Positions 31,121 to 42,000 of a DNA stretch of 64,000 nt are shown here, one piece after another (position 1 is the first letter of the stretch; each line of letters begins with the position of its first letter). The notes under the pieces were generated by a model. That model ran no database searches and was not told the origin of the DNA. It was given only the letters and a program-made list of their open reading frames with translations. The DNA comes from Candidatus Krumholzibacteriia bacterium. GTDB taxonomy: Bacteria > Krumholzibacteriota > Krumholzibacteriia > JAJRXK01. A program made the translations under genes and the position numbers. The stretch lies in the NCBI GenBank assembly GCA_041484665.1, contig JBGPIA010000018.1, forward strand, positions 1 through 64,000. Direction: 5' to 3'.

Positions 31121-31230
31121 ATGCCCCAGCCCGGCGTGCTCTTTGCCTCGTGCGTTCCGATGCCACCCTTCGGCAGCTACGCCCCCAACTCCCACCCCCA
31201 CGTGCACGCCATCGTCAGCCACGGCGCGGG
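31121..31230 (+). mobile_element. IS91-like HUH-motif remnant
   Basis: PGVLFASCVPMPPFGSYAPNSHPHVHAIVSHG. Confidence 0.65.
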
Positions 31231-31374
31231 ACGGCACACGATTCCCGGAACCGTGATGGACGACCGGCCCGATCGACGCGCGAGCCGGGCGAATCGGCGC
31301 TCGTGCGACGCTTTCGGGGTGTGGTAGCATCCACTCGTCCCCGGTCGTTTCCCTGCACGTTGGAGGATCTCGAG

Positions 31375-33468
31375 ATGCGACATCCGCGAGTGCGAATCGT
31401 CATGGTCGCCGCTTTCGCGCTGCTGGCGGCACTTGCTGACCCCGGCTTCGCACAGGAGCCCACGCGCATCTACACCCTCCCCGACACCGTGATGGTCATC
31501 GGGGAGCGGGTGAGCGTCGACCCGTTGCAGGTGCCCATGGCCGCCACGTTGGTCCAGGCCAGCGAGTGGCAGGATTCGCGAATGGTCGGCCTGAGCGAGC
31601 CGCTGAGCTTTGTCCCCGGCGTCCTGGCGCAGAGCCGCGCCGGCTCGACCGACGTGCGCATCACGTCGCGCGGGTTCGGCGCACGCGGCGCGGGGGAGCG
31701 GTCCAACTCCGGCACGACCCGCGGCATCCGCATCACGCTGGATGGCTTCCCGCTCACCGAGCCCGACGGTCGCACCAGCCTCGACTTCGCCGACCCGGCC
31801 CTGCTGGCGCGCATCCGCGTGATCCGCTCGAACACGTCCACGCTGTTCGGGCCGTTCTCGGGCGGGCTCATCGACCTGCAGACGACCCGGGCATTCGATC
31901 GCCCCTACGGCCAGGTGCGCGCGGAGTTCGGCAGCTTCTCCTACTCCCGCCAGGTGCTGGATGCCGGATTCGTCTCAGGAAGTGCCCGCATCCAGGTGGC
32001 TGGCTCCACCGGCCTGTTTGAGGGGTTCCGGGAGCACAGCCGCGGGACGCAGAGCACGCTCTTCACCTCGGTCGTGTCCGAGCCGTCCCCGACGACTACG
32101 CTGGGGCTGTACCTGGCCGGCACGCACACCGTCCAGCACTACGCCGGGGCGCTCACGCAGGGCGAGTTCGACGCCGACCCCAAGCAGGCCGATCCCGCCT
32201 ACGTGGCGCAGGACGCGCGCCGGGACAACCACATCGGGCGCATCGGCGCCAAGCTCGACCACGTGCTGGGCGCGGGATACTCGATGAAGCTGGGCGTGTT
32301 CGCCGAGCCGAAGTCGCTGCATCGCTCGGAGCGCAACCGCTACCGCGACTTTCAGCGCGTGCACACCGGCGGTTACGCCCTCTTCAACGGCCCGCTGTCG
32401 AGCGACCGCCTGCGGTTCACCGCCGGACTCGACGAGGCCTGGCAGGACGGCAGCGTGCTCTTCTACGACCTGGACAACGGCAACCGCGGCACGACCCAGG
32501 TGGCCGACCAGCGCGAGGGGATCAACGACTTCGGCGTGTTCGGCGAGGTACAGGCCGAACTGGCGCTGCGGTGGACGGCTGCGGCCGGCGCGCGTCTGGA
32601 CTACGTGCACTACATCAGCGAGAACCACCAGGACCCCACGGTCGACGACCAGCGCACGCTCGACCACGTGTCGCCGCGGGTCTCGCTCTCGTTCAGGCCC
32701 AACCCTGATCACACGCTGTACGCGGCTGTCAACGGAGGGATCGAAACGCCGGCCTTCAACGAGATCGACCCACCCCCGCCGTTCGACGCCCAGACTTCGC
32801 TCAACCCGTTCCTGGACCCCTCATACAGCCTCACCTTCGAGGTGGGGGCCAAGGGAGAGCATCGCCTCGGCGACCGCTTCGACCGCGTCGGCTACGACCT
32901 GGCGCTGTACACGCTGGAAGTCCGCAACGACATCATCCCGTGGGACGGAGGCGCCTACTATCGGACGGCGGGCAAGTCGCGGCGCAGCGGCATCGAGCTG
33001 GGCCTCACCGGGGGCATGGACAACGGCTTCTCGGTGCGCCTGGCCGGGACGTTCAGCCGCAATCGCTACATCGACTACGAGACGGGCGCCCCCGACGCGA
33101 ACGACGTGCTGGTCGCGGTGCGCTACGACGACAACGAGACCGCCGGCATCCCGTCGACGGCCGTGCGGGCCGCCGTGCGATACGAGCACCAGCGGGGCCC
33201 CTTCGCCGAGCTGGAGGGGCAGCGGGTGGGGAAGTACTGGGCCAACGACGCGAACACCGACCGCGTCGCAGCGTACACGCTGCTCGACGCCACGGTGGGA
33301 AGCACGATCCACGTCGCCGGGCGCAGCGCGCGCGTGTTCGTCTCGGGCCGAAACCTGACCGACGAGAAGTACGCGGCGTCGGTCTACATCAACGGCGTCA
33401 ACGGCCGCTACCTGGAGCCGGGCATGGAGCGCAATGTGTTGGCGGGGATCACACTCGGCACGGAGTAG
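31375..33468 (+). CDS. TonB-dependent receptor
   Basis: GGAGG RBS; signal peptide; TonB box DTVMVIG; plug VPGV..RGFGAR..LDGFP; tail NLTDEKY..PGMERNVLAGITL. Confidence 0.9.
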   Translation: MRHPRVRIVMVAAFALLAALADPGFAQEPTRIYTLPDTVMVIGERVSVDPLQVPMAATLVQASEWQDSRMVGLSEPLSFVPGVLAQSRAGSTDVRITSRGFGARGAGERSNSGTTRGIRITLDGFPLTEPDGRTSLDFADPALLARIRVIRSNTSTLFGPFSGGLIDLQTTRAFDRPYGQVRAEFGSFSYSRQVLDAGFVSGSARIQVAGSTGLFEGFREHSRGTQSTLFTSVVSEPSPTTTLGLYLAGTHTVQHYAGALTQGEFDADPKQADPAYVAQDARRDNHIGRIGAKLDHVLGAGYSMKLGVFAEPKSLHRSERNRYRDFQRVHTGGYALFNGPLSSDRLRFTAGLDEAWQDGSVLFYDLDNGNRGTTQVADQREGINDFGVFGEVQAELALRWTAAAGARLDYVHYISENHQDPTVDDQRTLDHVSPRVSLSFRPNPDHTLYAAVNGGIETPAFNEIDPPPPFDAQTSLNPFLDPSYSLTFEVGAKGEHRLGDRFDRVGYDLALYTLEVRNDIIPWDGGAYYRTAGKSRRSGIELGLTGGMDNGFSVRLAGTFSRNRYIDYETGAPDANDVLVAVRYDDNETAGIPSTAVRAAVRYEHQRGPFAELEGQRVGKYWANDANTDRVAAYTLLDATVGSTIHVAGRSARVFVSGRNLTDEKYAASVYINGVNGRYLEPGMERNVLAGITLGTE

Positions 33469-33529
33469 GCCGGCGCGCTGAGCGCCGCTCGACGACGCGG
33501 CGTGGCCCCTCGACCACGCCGCGGGCATT

Positions 33530-33950
33530 TCACGCCCACAGGCCCGCCGTGGCCGCCAGCGCCGCGGCCCACATCGCCGTCTCCCGCAGCCCCAGGAGCG
33601 GCAGCAGGATCAGGCCTCCGATCACCGCGGCCACGCTCCCGCCCAGCAGGTCGGCCCCATATAGCAGCCTGGCGGCTTGGGGCCTGTCTTCCAGCGCGCG
33701 CGCCACGCTGGCGAACGTGGCACCCGCCCCCGTCAGCCACAGATTCCACGCGATCCCCGTGCGCATGCAGAATGCCGTCGTCGCGGCCACGGCGACCAGG
33801 GTCGCAAGCGCCGCGAGAATGCGCCGGCGATCCGGCGCCCTCCCACCCACGTGCGCCCCAAGCGCCAGGCCCGCCATGAACGCCATCAACAGGGCACCGA
33901 GATCCTGGTACAGGACGCCGTTGCTGGCCTGGTACGCCAGTAACAGCCAG
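33530..33950 (-). pseudogene. C-terminal membrane fragment of a spermidine-synthase-like protein
   Basis: LLAYQASNGVLYQDLGALLMAFMAGLALG..LYGADLLGGSVAAVIGGLILLPLLG; 5' part replaced by transposase. Confidence 0.55.
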
Positions 33951-33952
33951 GG

Positions 33953-34969
33953 CCTTCACCTCTGGTGCTCGATCCAGGCCCAGGATGCGCCCCAGATTCT
34001 CGGGTGGGTGCTCCTTGAACCCCTCGGGTCGCTTGATCCGCAGCAGAGCCATCAGCAGCAGGGCGACGATCGTGGTGCGCAGGCCGTAGAACGCTGGGCC
34101 GATGCTGCCGTAGATCTCGCGGACACAGTCGAGCGCGCCGCTTTCCAGCAGAGGCGAGATGGCCAGCAGCACCCCCGCGCCCGGCACGCGCACGCCAGGT
34201 CGGAACAGGGGCGCTGCGTCATCGAGCCCTGCGAGATAGGTCATCAGCCGGTCGAGGCGTCGGTCGGAGGGATCGGTGTCCATCGAGGGCACCGGCGACG
34301 GCTCCGGCGATGAAAAAGCGGACAGGTTTGGGTCCGCACCCTGCATGGGCAATGGCGGGGCCAGCGACGGCTGCGGCCGCGTCCACCCCAGTCGCCGCAG
34401 CGTCTTGCGAACGGCCTTCTCGCTGACACCCAGCCGGACGGCGATCTGGCGATTGGACAGCCCCTGCGTCTTCAGCCGAGTCACCTGGCGCGTGCGCGAC
34501 GCAAGCGCGCGCGGATGGCCCTTCGGATATCCGCCGTCGCGGCCCAGCGCCGCCAAGCCGCCCTCTGCGAAGCGCTCCTGGTGGCGCCGCAGCGTCCTGG
34601 CGGAGTAGCCGAACGCGCGGGCGACGTCATTCTGGTCGGCCCAGCCCTGCTCGATGAGCATGACCATGACGTGTGCCTCGGCCATGCGATCGCCGAGCCC
34701 GTACTGCGCACGAGGGACGCCGGCGACGAGCACCAACCGGTGCGCATCCTGAGTGCGTACCAGGCACCGCTCGTTGACGAAGACGGTGCCCTGGGGCGTG
34801 TCGGATGGACGGAAGAGCTCCCCGGGCGGCGTGGTCGCGGCCATGGGGGAGACGATAGGCCAGCCGCCGAAAAAGCGGACAGGTTTGGGTCCGCACCCCT
34901 GGCAGCCCAGGGACGCGGCTTCAGAGCCAAAAACCCGGGAAACCGCGAGGCCCTATGTCAGGAGATCTG
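33953..34969 (-). mobile_element. Truncated transposon: left end and N-terminal half of an HTH-containing putative transposase (ORF from 34844)
   Basis: Two HTHs (DVARAFGYSARTLRR; SNRQIAVRLGVSEKAVRK), FYGLRT, LGRILGLDRAPEVK then abrupt end; possible terminus CAGATCTCCTGACA at 34969-34956. Confidence 0.7.
34312..34898. repeat. Perfect 30-bp direct repeat (34312-34341 and 34869-34898) with internal palindrome
   Basis: GAAAAAGCGGACAGGTTTGGGTCCGCACCC twice; GCGGAC-N8-GTCCGC. Confidence 0.95.
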
Positions 34970-35204
34970 GAGTCGTTTCCGGCGACGGGTGTGTTTTCTG
35001 TTCGCGCACTACGGCACCGTGGAATCGCGCGGGGCAGCGTGAGCATCGTAGGATCCTCCTCGCAGCGGGACTCCATCGCACGATCACCGATCCATTCGGA
35101 CCCTGCGGTGCTACTGCTTGCGACAAGCGGTCTGCGCAGGCGGACCGCAGCCTGGCCGGACCGAACGCGATGGGCTCATCGGCGTGTCATCGGCGAGGCG
35201 CGGC

Positions 35205-37022
35205 TCAGCGTATCAGCACGAGTGAGCGCTCCAGCACGGCTCGATCGGACCGCAGCCGCACGCGGTAGACGCCCGTGGCGACCCTCTCGCCGGCGGCATC
35301 CCTGCCGTCCCAGAGCCAGGCATGCCGCCCGACCCCAAGGTCGCCATCGAAGATCCGACACACACGGCGGCCGCGCAGGTCGAACACGGCTAGCTCAACG
35401 GGCTGCGCGAGGCCGGCGATGGTCTGGAACACCGCATGCGTACGTGCGGGATTGGAGCCGGCCAGTACGAGCCGCAGGCCCCCGGACAAAGAGCCTTCCC
35501 GCGCCGCGGACCCGAGGGCGTCCGGCGAGCCGGGGTCCACACCCGTGCCATCGCCAAAGAGCGTCCCCACCAAGGACACGCGCTGCGCGTAGATATCGTT
35601 CACGGCACCGGGGCGCGCGTCGGTCCAAGCCAGGGTTGCCCCGCCACGGAGGTCGGGCTCGAGCACCACCTCGGACTGCTGGCCTGGCGCGGTGCACACG
35701 GCGACGCCGCCGGCGTCCCACAGGGCGCCGCCCCCTGAGTCCAGCTTCTGGATGTAGACGTCTCCCGGGCCCGCGCGCAGGTCCTGCCACGCGCACAACC
35801 ATCCCCCACCCACGGCAGGCACGACTGCGGGGGCCACCTGGAACTGCGCGGCCTGGCACACCGCGCTGCCCCCGACTCCCCACAGGCCCGCGCCGGAGGC
35901 ATCCACGCGCTGCGCATAGATGTCGCTGTCGGTGGACCCGCCGCGGAAGTCCCGCCAGACCAGGACGCAGCCGGTGGCGCCGTCCACGGTCATCGCGGGG
36001 GTATCCTGCGTCCCGGCCGCAGTGCAGATCCCGGCTCCGTTCGTCCCCCACTGGGGTGCTCCCGTAACGGACAGTCGCTGGGCGTAGATGTCCTCGGGGG
36101 TGCTGCGCAGATCGGTCCACGCAACGATGACACCGCCGGCGCCGTCGGGGGCCATGACGGGGTCCTTCTGCGTGCCGGGCGCGGGGCAAGCCACGGTGCC
36201 GTCCGAGCCCCATTGGCGCGCGCCGTTGGCGCCCACCCGCTGGACTCGCAGGTCGTACCCTCCGCTGCCGGTGAAGCTCATGGCGCAGAAAGCCCCGCCT
36301 GCGCCGTCGCCGACGACTGGAAACGGCTTGAATCTGGGCGCGGACCAACTGAGTCCCACGCTGAGCTCGAGGCCATCCGCGGCCCACTGGCGCTGGCCGG
36401 TGCCGTTCAAGCGCTGCCCGTACAAGTCGTAGTGCGGGAATCGCCGATCGATCCACGTAACGATCACTCCCCCCGCCCCGTCGCCGCAAATGCTCGGGAA
36501 GAGCACGATGGTCGGCGAAGAGGTCGCGACCGGCACGCCGGCCGGATCCCAGAGCGGCTGCCCGTCGGCGCCCAGGCGCTGCGCGTAGATGTCGCCGAGC
36601 GCGTCGCTGCGCAGGTCGGTCCAAGCCACGAATACGCCACCCTGCTCATCGGCGAGCACGCTGGGGTCGATCTGGTCGTTGGCCGCGCTGCAGACGGGTA
36701 CGCCGTCCGCCGCCCACAGGGGGTTTCCCGCCGAATCGACCCGCTGGGCGTAGATGTCGGTCTTCGCGCCGGCCGCTCGTTGGTCGACCCACACCACGAT
36801 CCAGCCTCCCAGTCCGTCCGCCACGATGCGAGGCGACGACTGGTTGTGGAACTCGCTGCACAGGGGGAGGTTCACCAGCGGGTCGGTCGACCAGCTCGCG
36901 TGGGCCGGCGGCGGAGCCATGCCGAACACGAGTGCCACCATCGACGCCAGCACGATCGACACCAGCGTGAACAGCCCGGCGCGCACAGCGGTGCGCGAAC
37001 TCTGGCCAGCGGTGGATGGCAT
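35205..37022 (-). CDS. Secreted repeat (beta-propeller-like) protein with C-terminal FlgD-Ig/T9SS-like domain
   Basis: About 7 repeats DGxGGxxVxWxDxR..DIYAQR..G..W..G..VC; signal peptide (PAHA); tail VFDLRGRRV..WDGRDAAG..GVYRV. Confidence 0.85.
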   Translation of the reverse strand: MPSTAGQSSRTAVRAGLFTLVSIVLASMVALVFGMAPPPAHASWSTDPLVNLPLCSEFHNQSSPRIVADGLGGWIVVWVDQRAAGAKTDIYAQRVDSAGNPLWAADGVPVCSAANDQIDPSVLADEQGGVFVAWTDLRSDALGDIYAQRLGADGQPLWDPAGVPVATSSPTIVLFPSICGDGAGGVIVTWIDRRFPHYDLYGQRLNGTGQRQWAADGLELSVGLSWSAPRFKPFPVVGDGAGGAFCAMSFTGSGGYDLRVQRVGANGARQWGSDGTVACPAPGTQKDPVMAPDGAGGVIVAWTDLRSTPEDIYAQRLSVTGAPQWGTNGAGICTAAGTQDTPAMTVDGATGCVLVWRDFRGGSTDSDIYAQRVDASGAGLWGVGGSAVCQAAQFQVAPAVVPAVGGGWLCAWQDLRAGPGDVYIQKLDSGGGALWDAGGVAVCTAPGQQSEVVLEPDLRGGATLAWTDARPGAVNDIYAQRVSLVGTLFGDGTGVDPGSPDALGSAAREGSLSGGLRLVLAGSNPARTHAVFQTIAGLAQPVELAVFDLRGRRVCRIFDGDLGVGRHAWLWDGRDAAGERVATGVYRVRLRSDRAVLERSLVLIR

Positions 37023-37152
37023 GGGACGGCCTCCGAGGGTATGCGGCAGCGCGTGAATAGGAAGATCCGTTGGGGGGGCGGGTGTCACACGCGGCGGCGT
37101 GAATTGCTCGAACCCGGGTCGAATCCCGGCGCCGCGGGGGGAACCGTTCTAG

Positions 37153-38993
37153 CCCTGAAACAAGCGAGTGGGGGGGACACGTGATGTAGATGAGCTGGTG
37201 AGAAGCGGACGCCGCGAAGGGCAATGCACCGTAGCCGATCGGCCGCGCCACCCCGATCGTCCCCCCTTCCCGCCGCCATCCGTGTCCTGCGCTCCCCGTC
37301 TCTTTGCGATCGTCCTTGCCTCGTCCGCTCCTCGTCCCCACCGCTTCCCCGTTCACTGCGGTCACGCGCTGCTGAGTCGCGCCGTCACCTGCATGCTCTG
37401 CAGCAAATAGTGCGCGCGGTCCGTCCAGGCCAACAGCCGCAGCTCCAAGCCACGCGCGGTGCGTACCACCTGGCACGGAATCCGGATCACCGCATGGTAG
37501 AAGCGCTTGAATTCCATCCGCAACACGTCTGCCTTCGCCTCCGGCTCCGGCAGCCTCATCCCAAACCACGCCTTCAGCGTCCACGCCAAGGAAGCGATCA
37601 CCATGTACGCCCAGTTCGACTGCAAGTCGTACGCAGGCACCCGCAGCGCATTCACGCCGTTCTTCAGCTGCTCGATCACGTTCTCCTGGTCGCAGCGGCC
37701 GTTGGCCAGAGCCACGATCTCCCGCGCCGTGAGGTCCCCGTCGTTGGTGATGTAGAAGAAGTAGCGCAGGTCGTCGAACAGCACCTGGTCGCCCCGCTCC
37801 ACCGACAGGTTCTTGCGTACGACCACCATCCGGTACGCACGCTTGCACTTGCCCGGCCGGTAGGGGAACTGCGCCACCCACTCCGCCTTCAGCTTGATGT
37901 TCACGTACCCGTTCTCCACCACGATCTGCTCTTTGACGTTCTCGCGCTTGGTCCGTCGTTCCCTGCTGCGGTCCCGTCGACGCTCCAGCGGTTCCCACGC
38001 CTTTTGCGGCAGATTCGCCGCAAATTCCACCAGCTTGGGCGCCGCGTCGTAGCCGAATACGAAGTGCACTCCGCGCTCGTCCCAACGATCCAGCTCCGTC
38101 GTCAGCGAAAAATCCGTGTCGCCGCGCAGCACCACCCGCTCAAACTCCGGCTGGCACAGATCCAGCGCCTTGTCGATCCACTTCGCCGCGCCATCGTGGC
38201 TCGGCCGGTTGCCAGGACGATTCACCACGAACAGCGGCTCACGGGTGTTGGCCAACGTCACCAGCAACGGGGCATACCCCCAGATCCCCTTGTAGGAGAT
38301 CCCCATCCCACGCTTCTTCTGCCCCACCGTCGGCGCCAGCGTCCCGTCCACGTCGATGAGCGCGCAACGACGAAAGTCCTCAGGTTGATCCCGCCATACC
38401 TGCACCCGCGTTTCGTTGGTCAGGTCCATCAGCCGCTCCACGTCCCGCGCTCCCAACCGCCGCACGAAGTCGCCGGCCGTCGTCGGATCTGGGATGCGCT
38501 CGGCGCCCAGCAGGTCCATGTACCCCTCGTCCTGCCGCAATACCTCCAGATCCTCCAGCTTCGTCCCCCCGGCCATCAGGTTGTAGGCGATGTTGAGCAC
38601 GTGGTCCGACTCGTGGTAGGGCAAGTGGCGCTTCAGCAAGTGCAGGGCCTCGTCGATGGCACGGTCCAGGCCCAGCTCCCGCACCATCGTGTGGATCGCT
38701 CCGATCCCGCCCACCGCCGTAGCCGTCGCACGGTCCGAGACCGTGTACACCGGGCGCGGCCCGCGGAACATGGGCACCGGGCGATCCGCGCCCGCCTCGT
38801 GCCGCAGCCGCTCCTGGATTCTCTGCTTGCGTCGGCGCAGCGATGCGTGGTTAAACTTCTTCACTCGAAATGCCCTCCTTGGCGGTCGGGAGTATGCTTA
38901 TTACACCTCCTCAATAGCCGCTTTCGTAGGGCATTTCGAGCTTTTTCTTATCCCTTCACACCACATTCCGCCCGGGGCTCGCTTTTTCTGGGG
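37153..38993 (-). mobile_element. IS1380-family insertion sequence, apparently complete
   Basis: Imperfect terminal inverted repeats CCCTGAAACAAGCGAG / CCCCAGAAAAAGCGAG; flanks CTAG (37149-37152) and CTGG (38994-38997). Confidence 0.85.
37362..38864 (-). CDS. IS1380-family DDE transposase
   Basis: IDVDGT, SYKGIWGYAPL, RPGN, LRGDTDF, RCDQENVIEQLKNG, NWAY. Confidence 0.92.
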   Translation of the reverse strand: MKKFNHASLRRRKQRIQERLRHEAGADRPVPMFRGPRPVYTVSDRATATAVGGIGAIHTMVRELGLDRAIDEALHLLKRHLPYHESDHVLNIAYNLMAGGTKLEDLEVLRQDEGYMDLLGAERIPDPTTAGDFVRRLGARDVERLMDLTNETRVQVWRDQPEDFRRCALIDVDGTLAPTVGQKKRGMGISYKGIWGYAPLLVTLANTREPLFVVNRPGNRPSHDGAAKWIDKALDLCQPEFERVVLRGDTDFSLTTELDRWDERGVHFVFGYDAAPKLVEFAANLPQKAWEPLERRRDRSRERRTKRENVKEQIVVENGYVNIKLKAEWVAQFPYRPGKCKRAYRMVVVRKNLSVERGDQVLFDDLRYFFYITNDGDLTAREIVALANGRCDQENVIEQLKNGVNALRVPAYDLQSNWAYMVIASLAWTLKAWFGMRLPEPEAKADVLRMEFKRFYHAVIRIPCQVVRTARGLELRLLAWTDRAHYLLQSMQVTARLSSA

Positions 38994-39097
38994 CTGGCCC
39001 CCTGGCCTACTCCGGATCAACGGGGCCGCCCCACTTTCTCATGGAAAGTATGCTGCAGCGCCCGTCTGCGCTGCGAACCCCGACCGGGCTGGTGCGC
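38994..39097. repeat. 104-bp dispersed element, copy A
   Basis: 48-bp core CCCCCTGGCCTACTCCGGATCAACGGGGCCGCCCCACTTTCTCATGGA has 1 mismatch to 45355-45402; weaker similarity continues to the stop codon at 39098. Confidence 0.9.
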
Positions 39098-42000
39098 TTA
39101 CTTCAGGAGCACCAGCCGCTGCACCTGGCCCACGACGTTCCCCTCCAGCGAGAGCCTCGCGAAGTAGACGCCGCTGGCCACGGTGCGGCCGGCCGCATCC
39201 AGGCCGTGCCAGGCGATCTCGTGCGTGCCCGCCTCGAGGCGGACGCTGCCCAGCAACTCCGTCACGCGCCGCCCGCGGACGTCGTACACCGCCAGCGCCG
39301 CCTTCCCCGGCTGCGCCAGGTCAAAGCGCAGCACGGTGGACGGGTTGAAGGGGTTGGGCGCGGGGGCATAAAGCCGCGTGCTCGCCGGAGGGGGCGGCGG
39401 CTGCACGGCGGTCAACACCGGCGCACACGGCGGGCCGTCGATGCCGATGATCGCGATGCTGCACATCGCAGCCGGGTGCAAGAGCGGGGAGTCGTCCCGC
39501 AGCGCGTAGTTGAACCCCAGTGGCTGACAGTAGCGCGGGTCCACCATCATCACGCCGGTGGTATCCATCAGTCCGCCGGCCAGGGAGATCGGCTGGGCGT
39601 TGCCGAACAGTGCGCCGCAGATGAACGACACGTGCCCGGTCGCCTCGGCCGCCAGCGGCGGACCGTTGGGGCCATTGGTGGCCGTCACGAAAAACACGTC
39701 GAACGAAGTCCCGGCGCTGTGGATGGCGCTCGCCCCCAGACCCCAGGTGACGTTGCGGTCGAAGACGCACTGCTGGACCACAGAGGAGCCCGAACCACCA
39801 CCGTACACCGCCCCCCCGCGCGCGCCCGCGTCGTTGAGCACGAACAGACTGCGCTCCACGTCCAGCGCGCCGCCCAACAGCGCGATCGCTCCGCCGTCGA
39901 GCAGCGCGCCGTTCTCCAGGAAGAAACAGCCGTCGATGGTCGGCCCGCCGCCGGTCACCGCAATGGCCCCCCCGCGCTGCGTGGCCCGGTTGCTCTCAAA
40001 CCGTACATTGCGCACGTGCGGCGTACCGTTGTTGCTGACCAGCAGACCCGCGCCGTTGGCCGCGCTGCCGCCCCGCACGGTGACCCCAGCCAGCACCGCG
40101 CTCGCATCCACACCGTTGGCGGTCACGATCGGATTGCCGCCGGCGCCACCGGTGATGACGATGGAAGCAGGATTGCCGCCCGCACCGACGATCTCGACTC
40201 CGTTTCTCAATGCAATGGACTCATTGTAGGTGCCTGGACGCACCAGCACGCGCGTGCCCGATGCCACAGCCGCCAGCGCTGCGTTGATGGTCAGGTAATT
40301 GCCCCCACCGCTCTTGTCCACGACGACCTGCGCAACGCCGGGCTGCGCGTTGGGCTCACCCGGCGTGCGGGGACCGTACACCAGCACATTACCGCCGCCG
40401 CACTCGGGCCAGTTCGCGCCTTTGTTGCCCAGATAGACCGCCAGGCCGTCGGGGACGCGCGTCAGCGCGTCGTTGGGCGCCGGAGGTGGAACGGGACCTC
40501 CGCTCCAACCCACCTGGTCGACGCGCTGGTACTGGCCGTCGGACGTGATCTTGTACAGGTACAGCAGGTTGGAGTTGATGTTCTGGGTGAACGATCCGGC
40601 CGCGCCCTGCTGCAACAGGCGGATCTGCCCCGGTCCCAGATTCAGCCCGCCGCCCAAGGTCGTCAGGAAGTTCACGCCATCGCTGAGCGCGAACTGGCTG
40701 AGCACGACCGTGCTGCCCAGCGGGTTGTACAATTCCACGTAGTCACTGCCGGAGCTGCTGGTGTACAGCACCTCGTTGAGCAGGATCGACTGCCCCAAGG
40801 CCGGCGCTGGCACCGTGTTGGTTTGGGCCAGTGTCTGGGCGCTGGCCTCGAAGCTGCTTTGGTCGGAGGCGTCACGGCCGGTGCCCTCGACGCGACTGAC
40901 CGTGAATCCGGCCGGAACGGTCGGCGCTCCGCCCTGCGAGCCGTAACCGACGATGTCGAGGGTGAACCCCGTGCCCGCCGGCGGCAGCAGCTCCAGCGTC
41001 CCGCCCTCGTTGGGCAGGTCGATCACCGTGAGTGTGTGCACGAGCAGCCCGCCGCCAGGAATGACGCCCGAGAGCGACTCCTCGTCCGGCGACGGGGCAC
41101 CCGGGCCGTTGCTTAGCCGGAACCCGGTCAAGTCGAGAGCGGTGCTGGACAGATTGCGGATCTCGACCGCCTCGCCAACCTTGGCGACCCCGGCAGCAGC
41201 GGAGCCGCCCAGCTTGGGCACGCCGCCTGACGGCGCGAACTCGTTGATCAGCAGATTGGGGAAGGCAAACGCCGGACCGGCAAACAGCGTGGTCACCGTG
41301 TGCGTCTTGGCGACACCGATGGCCCGCACCCCATAGTAGTAGGCCGTGAAGTCGGTGGCGGTGGGGTCCACGTACGTCGCGGGCGCGGTGCCCGAGACCG
41401 TGGCGATGGGCGCCAACGCTGCGTCCGTCAGCTCGCACGGATCCTTCGAGCGCAGGATCTCGTATTGCGCCACCGGCTCGGCCGGCACGTAGGCGCTCCA
41501 GTCCAGCCGCACGTGCCCGCCGCCATCTTGAGGGAGGTCGACAGCGGTGAGCTCCGGAGTGGCGGTCACGCACGGGTACATGGCCAGCCCCTGGCCATAG
41601 GTACCCGTAGCCGTCAAGAGTGAGTGGCCGTCGACGATCGATCCGGTCAGGGGGTCGATCCGCTGCACCGCGTTCAATTCGGTCCCCATGGCCCACAGCT
41701 CATCGCCGAAGAACTCCATATCGTCGAATGCCCAGGCAGCGCCGCTCGTTTGGCCGATGAATGTAACTTGCAGAGTGTTCGCGTTGATTCGGTAGAGACC
41801 CTGATCGCTCGGCGAGGTTGTGAGGCCGTAGAGCAGTCCCGAGGGCGAGAACGCCAGCGTTACGATGCTCGTGTGGGGTTGGGCCGCGAACTGCAGCGTG
41901 CCCAACGACGCAAACGTCCCGGTCGCCGCGTCGATCCGGCCCAGCTGCTGCGCTCCGGTGGGTCCGCGCAGTGTGTAGAGGCCAGTGCCGAACGGGTCCA

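Noticed and set aside
31230..31374. Cobalamin or other riboswitch upstream of the TonB receptor
   Set aside because: No recognisable conserved boxes; the upstream region is an IS91 remnant.
37113..37135. tRNA T-arm-like CCGGGTCGAATCCCGG (possible att remnant)
   Set aside because: The loop lacks one base of TTCGAAT; no acceptor stem, CCA or integrase.
37224..41116. Long plus-strand ORFs 37224-39167 and 39041-41116, and similar long antisense ORFs elsewhere
   Set aside because: Shadow frames opposite well-supported genes, expected at this GC content.
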